A DNA stretch of 64,000 nt from an uncultured Planctomycetota bacterium (GTDB lineage: Bacteria; Planctomycetota; UBA11346): NCBI GenBank assembly GCA_903902515.1, contig CAIUVD010000326.1, positions 2,350-66,349 of the forward strand, in the 5' to 3' direction. This document shows, piece after piece, positions 12,456 through 19,941 of the stretch. Numbering within the stretch: the first letter of the stretch is position 1; each line of letters starts with the position of its first letter. The notes under the pieces were generated by a model. The model had not been told where the DNA came from and searched no databases. It saw only the letters and a list, made by a program, of their open reading frames with translations. Both the position numbers and the translations under genes were made by a program.

Positions 12456-13751
12456 TCAGTCGTCGAGCAGGAGGTCCTCGATCGCCATGTGGTTTTCTTC
12501 CAGGTGGGTCGCCCCCTCAATGGACAGGGGGGTCCAGGGGATGGCTTCCAGGCGGTTCTTGTTGATCGGCTCGCGAGTGTGCTCACACAGTCCGTAGGGA
12601 ATCGGACGGCCGACATCGATCTTGCGCAGGGCGCGATCGATCTGCCACAGGAGGTCCTTCTCCTGACCGGCCAAGGCCAGGCTCACGTCCTGGAGATCGG
12701 CATCGGAACCGCGCTCGGCGGCGTGGAGGGGCGTGGTGTGACCGTCTTCGGCCTCCATCGCGTCTTTTTCCAGGTCGGCGATGTCATCGGTCACCTGATA
12801 GCGCTGGGCCAGCAGGCGGGCACGCCACTTGGATAGTTCCTCGGCCGTGAAGGGCGAGGTGAAGCCCATGGAGCCGGTAATGACCGGCCGGGCACCCTCA
12901 ACCGCAACACTTTCAAAACGACCGGTAATGGGCTTCTTGGGGGCATCGCTCATGGCAGTCTCACGCTTGGAAAAGGTTTTGATGACGGCGCCAGGCTTGG
13001 GCGTCAGGGCGGAAGCCGCCTTGAATGACGGCGCCTTGACGGGCTTCGCCTCAACGGTTTTGGCGACGGGAATCGATTTGACAGGTGCGGGGGCCTTCGG
13101 GGCCGCCTTGACCGGCGACACCTTAGCGGGGGTGGGGGCGGGGGCGGGGGCTGAGGGAGCCTTCACCGGAGCAGGCTTGGCTGGGGCAGCGACTTTGGCA
13201 GGTGCAGCCTTGGCAACATGGGCAGGAGCGGGCTTGGCCGCCTTGGCGGGAGCTGCAGCCTTGGCGGGAGCCGCAGCCTTGGCGGGAGCTGCAGCCTTGG
13301 CGGGAGCTGCAGCCTTAGCCGGAACGGCCTTAGCGGGAGCCGCAGTCTTAGCCGGAACGGCCTTGGCGGGAGCCGCAGCCTTAGCCGGAACAGCCTCGGC
13401 GGGAGCCGCAGCCTTAGCCGGACCGGCCTTAGCGGGAGCCGCAGCCTTAGCCGGAGCCGCAGCCTTAGCCGGAACGGCCTTAGCGGGAGCCGCAGCCTTA
13501 GCCGGAACGGCCTTGGCAGGAGCCGCCGGTTTGGTCGGAGCACTCTTCGCCTCCTTCGCAGGAGGGGCCTTAGCTGGGACGGCCTTGATGACTTTGGCTG
13601 GGGAAGCCTTGACCTGGGCGGCTTTGGCCACCGGCTTGGGAATCACGGCCGCCTTCTTCACCGGAGCCGGCGATGTGGCAGCAGGCTTGGCGGGCTTCGC
13701 CGGGCTCGTCGAAGCCTTGGCGGTCGTAGGGCGGCTCTTGACGCTCGGCAT
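12456..13751 (-). CDS. DksA/TraR-family protein with long N-terminal Ala/Lys/Pro-repeat (histone H1-like) tail
   Basis: C-terminal ~120 aa with DksA-like coiled-coil plus C-terminal region (GLCEHTREPINKNRLEAIPWTPLSIE); ~300 aa of PAKAAA-type repeats upstream; start at MPSVKSRPT (13751) with upstream GAAGAA RBS; alternative internal start MSDAPKKPITG would give the DksA-like part alone. Confidence 0.6.
   Translation of the reverse strand: MPSVKSRPTTAKASTSPAKPAKPAATSPAPVKKAAVIPKPVAKAAQVKASPAKVIKAVPAKAPPAKEAKSAPTKPAAPAKAVPAKAAAPAKAVPAKAAAPAKAAAPAKAGPAKAAAPAEAVPAKAAAPAKAVPAKTAAPAKAVPAKAAAPAKAAAPAKAAAPAKAAAPAKAAKPAPAHVAKAAPAKVAAPAKPAPVKAPSAPAPAPTPAKVSPVKAAPKAPAPVKSIPVAKTVEAKPVKAPSFKAASALTPKPGAVIKTFSKRETAMSDAPKKPITGRFESVAVEGARPVITGSMGFTSPFTAEELSKWRARLLAQRYQVTDDIADLEKDAMEAEDGHTTPLHAAERGSDADLQDVSLALAGQEKDLLWQIDRALRKIDVGRPIPYGLCEHTREPINKNRLEAIPWTPLSIEGATHLEENHMAIEDLLLDD
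13160..13600. repeat. tandem ~18/36-nt coding repeats (gccttagcgggagccgcagccttagccggaacg...) encoding PAKAAA units
   Basis: Seen directly in DNA and in the translated ORF. Confidence 0.8.
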
Positions 13752-13919
13752 GGAAGAATCCTTTGAGGTTTCGTCGGGCAGGTCCGGGATCTGCGTTGGC
13801 TTAAAAGCGGCGGAAGGGTCTTCCGGTGGTTGAGATTGCAAGGGTATATCCGCGCAACTTTTCCTCCGTGAGGTCCAGCCTGGGTCAGCATACCTCAAAA
13901 TGACTGATTTCGGGGCTCG

Positions 13920-16253
13920 TCACGCCGAGGAAAGCTTCCCCGCCGCAAAAGCGAGCTGCAATTCCTTGAGACCGACCGGCCGGTCAAACTCAATTTGGAT
14001 GCTACGGCGATCCTCCGGGCCCCGACATCCGATGACCAGGCCCCGGCCAAAGGTGCTGTGGACCACCCGTTCACCGGGGCGGTAGGGGTCCGAGGCGAGG
14101 ATGATCGGGGCTTCGGGACCCGCTTTGGTGGCCCGACGACGGATCCGGCCAAGGCTATCTTCGATGAAGTCGTCGTCGTCCGGGTACTCCTCCTCGGGGG
14201 TCGCCACGGCGTCGGGCCGCTTCATCTGGGCGGCGGTGGTCAGGCGGCCTTTGGCGGCCTCAAGGGCCTTGGCCAACTTGGGATTGACGTGGCTGGTCGG
14301 CAGGGGGATGTCCCGGCGGCCAGTGGCATCGCGGGATTCAAAGCAATCCCCAGGAATTTCGCTGAGAAATTGACTAGGTTCGTTGTGGAAGGTCTGGCCG
14401 TAAAGCATCCGGCAACGGGCCCGGGACAGAAACAGTTCCTCCATGGCCCGGGTGATGCCGACGTACATCAGGCGGCGTTCCTCCTCCAGATCGCCGATCG
14501 CCCCATTGCGCATCAGGGGGAAGACCCCCTGTTCCACGCCCGTCACGAAGACGATGGGGAACTCCAGGCCCTTGGCGGCGTGGAGGGTCATGAGGGTCAC
14601 CCGGTCCTGGGCCGAGCCCACTTCCTCCCGGGCCTCGGCGTCGGTGTTGAGACTCACCAGCTCCAGGAAACCCGACAACCCGCCCTCGGGGTAGGTACTG
14701 TGGTACTGCTCGGCAGCGGTGATGACCTCGCGCATATTGGCGATGCGGTCGGCGGCTTCGCCGGGGTCCTCGGCTTTGCGGTAGTGGTCCTCCAGACCCG
14801 TCAACTCGACGATCCCGAGGACGCAGGCCGAGGGGTTCTGCTGGGGGAGTCGCAGGAGGGCTCGCCAGACTCGGGACAGTTCCCGCAGGGGCGCACCACT
14901 GCGGCCGACGGCGACCCGCTCCAGGAGATCGTCCTGGGCCAGGATTTCCGGTACCGTCACCAACTGGTCATCCGCCATTTGGTAGAGGTTTTCCAGGGCC
15001 TTGTCCCCCAAGCCGCGCTTGGGGACGTTGGCCACCCGGTCAAGACAGGTGCGGTCGGCGGGATTGATGAGGAGCTTCAGCCAGGCCAGGACGTGTTTGA
15101 CCTCCTCGCGGTCGTAGAAACGCAGGCCGCCGACGATCCGGTAGGGAATGCCGCGCCGTCGCAGGCCGTCTTCCAGGATACGGGACTGGGCGTTGGTCCG
15201 GTAAAAGACCGCGAAATCCGCCCACTTCCGCCCGGCCCGGGCCATGCTGTCGATCTTGGCCGCGACGCCGTAGGACTCGTCGAGTTCGTCATCCACCGCC
15301 ACCAGGGTAAGGGGCCGCCCCTCCGGGTTGTCGGTACGGATGGTTTTGTTCTCGCGCTGGGTGTTGTTCTGCACCACCCCCTGGGCGGCCCGCAGAATGA
15401 CCTTGGTCGAGCGGTAATTCTGTTCGAGGAGGACCTTCCGCACGCCCCGGTCCTGATAGTCCTTCTCGAAGTTGAGGATGTTGCTGATGTCGGCCCCGCG
15501 CCAACCGTAGATGGCCTGGTCCGGATCGCCGGTGGCGCAGATGTTGCCGTGCTCGCCGAGGAGGCGCAGCAGGCGATACTGAGCGGTATTCGTGTCCTGG
15601 TACTCGTCCACCAGGATGTAGGGAAAGCGTTCCTGCCACTTCTTCAGGAGGTCGGGATTGGCCTCGAACAGGCGCACCGGACGGACCAGGAGGTCGTCGA
15701 AATCGAGGTGGCAGCGTTCGTGGCACAGCCGGGCGTAGACGGCAGCGGCTTTCTGGGCCCAGACACTGACATCGTCGTTGGGCTCATGCTTCTCGATGTT
15801 GACCAATTGGTTCTTCCACTCGCTGATCTGGTGCATGACCCGCTTGAGTTCCACCACCTTGGGATCGAGTTTCAGTTCCTTGTAAACCTCCTTGAACAGT
15901 TTTTTCTGGTCATCGGGGTCAAGGATCGTGAAGGGGTGCTCCATCCCCAGGTGCTGGGTCTCCATCTTCAACAGGCGCAGGCCCGCCGAGTGGAAAGTGG
16001 TGATCCACGGCGTCTGCAGGTGGATGAGGCGGTGAACGCGCTCTTTCATCTCCCGCGCGGCCTTGTTGGTGAAGGTGATCGCGAGGATGCGGTCGCCCTT
16101 CAACTCCTTGACCTGAATCAGGTTGGCAATCCGGTGCGTAATAACGCGGGTCTTCCCGGATCCGGCACCGGCGACCACCAGCAGGGGCCCGTCGAGGTGG
16201 TCGATGGCCTCCCGCTGGGCGGGGTTCATACCGGAGTGAACGTCAATACGCAT
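13920..16253 (-). CDS. pcrA: ATP-dependent DNA helicase, UvrD/PcrA/Rep family
   Basis: Walker A AGAGSGKTRVITHRIANL, motifs ITFTNKAAREMKERV, DEYQDTN, GDPDQAIYGWRGA; start trimmed to MRIDVHSGMNPAQREA (or 16229). Confidence 0.9.
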   Translation of the reverse strand: MRIDVHSGMNPAQREAIDHLDGPLLVVAGAGSGKTRVITHRIANLIQVKELKGDRILAITFTNKAAREMKERVHRLIHLQTPWITTFHSAGLRLLKMETQHLGMEHPFTILDPDDQKKLFKEVYKELKLDPKVVELKRVMHQISEWKNQLVNIEKHEPNDDVSVWAQKAAAVYARLCHERCHLDFDDLLVRPVRLFEANPDLLKKWQERFPYILVDEYQDTNTAQYRLLRLLGEHGNICATGDPDQAIYGWRGADISNILNFEKDYQDRGVRKVLLEQNYRSTKVILRAAQGVVQNNTQRENKTIRTDNPEGRPLTLVAVDDELDESYGVAAKIDSMARAGRKWADFAVFYRTNAQSRILEDGLRRRGIPYRIVGGLRFYDREEVKHVLAWLKLLINPADRTCLDRVANVPKRGLGDKALENLYQMADDQLVTVPEILAQDDLLERVAVGRSGAPLRELSRVWRALLRLPQQNPSACVLGIVELTGLEDHYRKAEDPGEAADRIANMREVITAAEQYHSTYPEGGLSGFLELVSLNTDAEAREEVGSAQDRVTLMTLHAAKGLEFPIVFVTGVEQGVFPLMRNGAIGDLEEERRLMYVGITRAMEELFLSRARCRMLYGQTFHNEPSQFLSEIPGDCFESRDATGRRDIPLPTSHVNPKLAKALEAAKGRLTTAAQMKRPDAVATPEEEYPDDDDFIEDSLGRIRRRATKAGPEAPIILASDPYRPGERVVHSTFGRGLVIGCRGPEDRRSIQIEFDRPVGLKELQLAFAAGKLSSA

Positions 16254-16344
16254 GGGGCGGGGAGTGTGGAGTCCGCCACCACATGCAAACGCCCACGGGT
16301 CGCGAGGACCCGTGGGCGTCACATCGGCATGATGCCAGGATACC

Positions 16345-16557
16345 TTACTTGGCGGCAGGAGCTGGAGCGGCAGCCGGAGCCGGAGCGGCGGCAGGAGCCG
16401 GGCACTTCGTGCAGCTGCTACCAGCGGCCTTGGTCTCCGCACAGCAGCCGGACTTGGTGGCACAGGATTTCTCGCCACAGGAGGCGCGATCAGCGCCACA
16501 TCCGGCCACCAGGATTACGGAGGCGGCGAGGAAGAGGGAGGAGAGGATCTTGGACAT
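16345..16557 (-). CDS. small cysteine-rich lipoprotein (70 aa) with Pro/Ala-repeat tail
   Basis: Signal peptide plus lipobox LVAGC; 7 Cys in the ~50-aa mature part (SCGEKSCATKSGCCAETKAAGSSCTKCP); AAGGAAG RBS 6 nt upstream of ATG. Confidence 0.5.
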   Translation of the reverse strand: MSKILSSLFLAASVILVAGCGADRASCGEKSCATKSGCCAETKAAGSSCTKCPAPAAAPAPAAAPAPAAK

Positions 16558-16615
16558 GGGAACTTCCTTTCAGGGAGTGGAAATTGTACGACGCCCGGGG
16601 CGCCGTGTTGGGTGG

Positions 16616-17494
16616 TTATTCTTCGTCGATCTCGACACCAATGTGCTCCGCCCCGAGGTGGATATGGTCGATCAGCCGCACGCCATCAACGAACACCGCC
16701 GCCGCCAGCACGCAGCCCGGCACGGCCTGGGTCACTTCGGCAAAACCACTCAAACGAATCACATCGCAGTAATCCAGTTCAACACCTTCATGAACCAGCA
16801 GTTCATTGGCGACCTTTTCAATCAGGTCCATGGCATTGCGTTCGCCATCCATGTAGGCCTTGTTGGCCAGCTCAAGGCCCCGGGGCAAGCCCAGGGCTTT
16901 TTCACGGGACTCCTTGGAAAGACGGCGGTTACGGCTGGACATGGCCAAGCCATCGGGCTCGCGCACGGTGCGGCCAACCTGGATATCCACCGGCAGATTG
17001 AGGTCATTAACCATTTTGCTGATGATCAGGACTTGTTGGAAATCCTTTTCACCAAACACAGCGATATCCGGCAGGACGGCGCCAAACAACTTGGTGACCA
17101 CCGTCGCCACGCCCCGGAAGTGACCGGGACGAGCCACCGCACACAATTTGTCGGTCAGGGGGCCAACGATCTCGATGAAGGTGGCGTAGCCATCGGGGTA
17201 CATGACCTCGTTGGTCGGCAGGAAGACGGCATCAACGCCTTCCTTGGCCAGCAGGGCCAGATCGGCCTCCAGGGTCTTGGGGTAGTTGGCCAAGTCCTCG
17301 GGATTATCAAACTGGGTCGGATTGACGTAAATACTGACCACCACCCGGGTCGCCGACTCCTTGGCCTGACGGATCAAGGACAGGTGGCCGTCATGGAGGG
17401 CGCCCATGGTCGGCACGAAGCCGATGACGGCCCCCTCCCGCTGCTGGGTGCGGCTCCAGGCGCGCATGTCCGTGATGGTGCTGAACTGCTGCAT
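16616..17494 (-). CDS. panC: pantoate--beta-alanine ligase
   Basis: PTMGALHDGHLSLI HIGH-type motif, conserved middle region (VFGEKDFQQ, MSSRNRRL); start trimmed to MQQFSTI. Confidence 0.93.
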   Translation of the reverse strand: MQQFSTITDMRAWSRTQQREGAVIGFVPTMGALHDGHLSLIRQAKESATRVVVSIYVNPTQFDNPEDLANYPKTLEADLALLAKEGVDAVFLPTNEVMYPDGYATFIEIVGPLTDKLCAVARPGHFRGVATVVTKLFGAVLPDIAVFGEKDFQQVLIISKMVNDLNLPVDIQVGRTVREPDGLAMSSRNRRLSKESREKALGLPRGLELANKAYMDGERNAMDLIEKVANELLVHEGVELDYCDVIRLSGFAEVTQAVPGCVLAAAVFVDGVRLIDHIHLGAEHIGVEIDEE

Positions 17495-17544
17495 GAGTGC
17501 TCCAATCCTTGAATGGGGTCGGGGCATCCGTACCACCGTGGGCC

Positions 17545-18036
17545 ATGGCCTACCTGACCATCCGTATCAAGGGCGAGGAAGGGTACCGCCGCGTTCCCCT
17601 CGACAAGGACCGCATGGTCCTGGGTCGTTCCTCCGCCTGCGAACTCCTGATCCCCTCCACCGCCGTCTCCCGGGAGCACTGCGCCTTCGTCCGTGAGGGG
17701 GAGCAATGGCTGGTCGAGGACCTGGGCAGCTCCAACGGCACGCGCATCGGCGAGCGCAAGGTGGACGGCCGGGCACCCCTGGCTGAGAAGGATATGGTGA
17801 AGGCCGGCGTCGCCCGCTGCACCTTCCACCTTGGGCCCATCCCGAACGCGGACGAAGCCTCGGAACCCACCGAGGAAGCCGCCCCGACCCGGACTCGGGG
17901 CGCGGATGACCCACAGGATGCCATCCCCTGTTCGGACTGCGGCAAATGGATGTCCATCGCCCATCGCCTGCCGGGCGAACGCATGCCCTGCCCATTTTGT
18001 GACAAGCGCCAGACCGTCCCGACGTTGATCTCCTGA
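17545..18036 (+). CDS. FHA domain protein with C-terminal Cys4 zinc ribbon
   Basis: FHA core (MVLGRSSACELLIPSTAVSREHCAF...SSNGTRIG); C-terminal CSDCGKW...CPFCDK. Confidence 0.8.
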   Translation: MAYLTIRIKGEEGYRRVPLDKDRMVLGRSSACELLIPSTAVSREHCAFVREGEQWLVEDLGSSNGTRIGERKVDGRAPLAEKDMVKAGVARCTFHLGPIPNADEASEPTEEAAPTRTRGADDPQDAIPCSDCGKWMSIAHRLPGERMPCPFCDKRQTVPTLIS

Positions 18037-18046
18037 TCCTGAGATT

Positions 18047-19402
18047 GTGAACGGCCCCATGACTGACGTTCCCGCCCCCACCGCCCCCAAGCCCACGGCG
18101 CCCCCTCGGGCGATTCGGTGGTGGGGATTCCTGGTGATCTTCCTCCTCATCCTGGCCACGGCAGTCCTCGCCCCGTGGTGGCTGTCTTCCTTCCTTCGGG
18201 CCAAGATCGACACCGCCCTGGCCTCCCAGGGTTGGGAATTAGATCCCGCCCATCCCCTCTCCATCAGTATTTACGGAGCCCGGATTAGCGGCGAGGACCT
18301 GACTCTGCGGATGATCGCCGACCAGCGCGTCCTGATGCAGGCCAAACGTCTGTCCGCCGACGTGGCCGTCACGGAAAGCCTCCAGAAGCGCGACCTGGTG
18401 ATCGCCGAATTGGTGGCGGACGGCGTGGTCGGAAGCCTCCGGCGGGGCCCCGATGGCCGCCCGCCCCTGGTGGCGGAGGAGCCCGTTGCCCCCGGGGCCC
18501 CGCTCATCGACTGGAAAAAAGTCGACTGGAAGGCCAATTTCCAAAAGGGGATGGACCAGTACCAAGAATGGCAGGCCAAGCGTGAGGCCGACCTGAAGCT
18601 CCCCAAGGATCAGCCAGCCCCTCGCCCGGCCCCCGAAGCTGACATCGATTGGCCCCAAGCCGTCAAACACCAGCCCGCCCCCACCGTGGGTCGCCACATC
18701 CCGCGGGTGGTGGTCCGCAAACTGTCGATCACCGGCGGCAAGGTGCCGATGCCTGACGAAGGCCCCCTCGACATCGCCTCTTTCAGCCTCACGGGGTCTG
18801 ATGTGGCCCTCCGTCAAGACCAGGGCGAGGTCATGCTCCTGAAGGCGGAGATCACCACCGAAGGGGCCGGACCCATCACCCTGGATCTGACCCGGGAGCA
18901 AAGCGGCAACGGCCGCTTGAACTTCGCCGCCCCGACCATGCCCCTCCAGGCCCTGAGCTCACCCGCCATCGCTGGCGACAGCCTGGCCCCCTGGGGCCCG
19001 ACGGGCACCGCAGCCATCACCGGAGCCCAGACCTGGACCGGCTGGGCCCTCAACGGCACCGTCGAGGCCCAGGTCAGCGGCCTGGCCCTCCAACCGACTC
19101 CGGGAGCCCCCTCCGAGGCCAAAACCGCCGCCAAGGTGATTGCCGCCCTCAAGGGCAAACCGATCCGCTGGCCGGTGGTCATCGGGGGCACCCTGACGAG
19201 ACCGGAAATTGTCGACAGCGGCCTCAAGAAGGTGATGGAGGAAAACCAGGGGGTGTTGATCGAAGCCGCCAAGGAGGAAGCCAAAGACAAGGCCCTGGAA
19301 AAGGGCTCGCAGCTCATCGACAAGGAACTGAAAAAGCATCCCGAGGCTGAAAAAGCCAAGGACGCCGCCAAGGACGCCCTCAAGAACCTGTTGGGTCGCT
19401 GA
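18047..19402 (+). CDS. membrane-anchored hypothetical protein (possibly TIGR03545-like) with Lys/Glu-rich C-terminus
   Basis: N-terminal TM helix (WWGFLVIFLLILATAVLAPWWL); large extracytoplasmic body; immediately precedes a TIGR03546/DUF2062-like gene; family assignment from memory only. Confidence 0.45.
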   Translation: MNGPMTDVPAPTAPKPTAPPRAIRWWGFLVIFLLILATAVLAPWWLSSFLRAKIDTALASQGWELDPAHPLSISIYGARISGEDLTLRMIADQRVLMQAKRLSADVAVTESLQKRDLVIAELVADGVVGSLRRGPDGRPPLVAEEPVAPGAPLIDWKKVDWKANFQKGMDQYQEWQAKREADLKLPKDQPAPRPAPEADIDWPQAVKHQPAPTVGRHIPRVVVRKLSITGGKVPMPDEGPLDIASFSLTGSDVALRQDQGEVMLLKAEITTEGAGPITLDLTREQSGNGRLNFAAPTMPLQALSSPAIAGDSLAPWGPTGTAAITGAQTWTGWALNGTVEAQVSGLALQPTPGAPSEAKTAAKVIAALKGKPIRWPVVIGGTLTRPEIVDSGLKKVMEENQGVLIEAAKEEAKDKALEKGSQLIDKELKKHPEAEKAKDAAKDALKNLLGR

Positions 19403-19405
19403 ATC

Positions 19406-19939
19406 ATGTTCACCCTCTACAAACTGATCCGCAACCTGTTCAAGGCCCTGACCTCGGACGCGGCACCGTGGCAGATCTTCCTCGGCACCTTTTTCGGAAC
19501 CCTGCTTGGCTTCCTGCCGATCTTTCCCCTCTCCCAGGGCCCCTCACCCATCGCCCTGATCCTGATTGGCCTGGTTCTGGTCATCAACGTCCACCTCGGC
19601 TCGGTGTTCCTGTTCCTGGGTATCACCAAATTGCTGTCCCAGGTCCTCCACGGTCCGGCCCTGCTGGTCGGTGAGCAGTTCAGCGGCCTGGCCCAGACCT
19701 GCGCCGACATCCCATTCCTCCATTTGAGCCACTGGTCCCACACGGGGTACCTGGGCCTGACCCTGTTCGGCCTCGTCTGTGCGCCCTTGTTTGCCATCGT
19801 GATGTACCGCTTCTGCCTGTGGTTCCGCGTCACCTGGCGGGACAAACTGATGGAGAAGGCCCGCCTGCTGCGCGCTGGGTCGGTGGTCGACCACCCCTGG
19901 CTGGTACGGTTGGCCTGTTGGTTCTTTGGTATCGACTAA
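19406..19939 (+). CDS. DUF2062/TIGR03546-like small membrane protein
   Basis: PWQIFLGTFFGTLLGFLPIFP motif characteristic of DUF2062-related proteins; 4 predicted TM segments. Confidence 0.55.
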   Translation: MFTLYKLIRNLFKALTSDAAPWQIFLGTFFGTLLGFLPIFPLSQGPSPIALILIGLVLVINVHLGSVFLFLGITKLLSQVLHGPALLVGEQFSGLAQTCADIPFLHLSHWSHTGYLGLTLFGLVCAPLFAIVMYRFCLWFRVTWRDKLMEKARLLRAGSVVDHPWLVRLACWFFGID

Positions 19940-19941
19940 CC

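Noticed and set aside
12829-13833. 334-aa + strand ORF (and 13163-13766 ORFs)
   Set aside because: Alternative frames of the AKP tandem-repeat tract. Repeats generate open frames on both strands. The minus-strand frame has the DksA-like C-terminus and an RBS.
13995-16772. 925-aa + strand ORF
   Set aside because: Antisense to the UvrD/PcrA helicase gene and the small lipoprotein. No recognisable domains.
16283-17512. 409-aa + strand ORF
   Set aside because: Antisense to panC.
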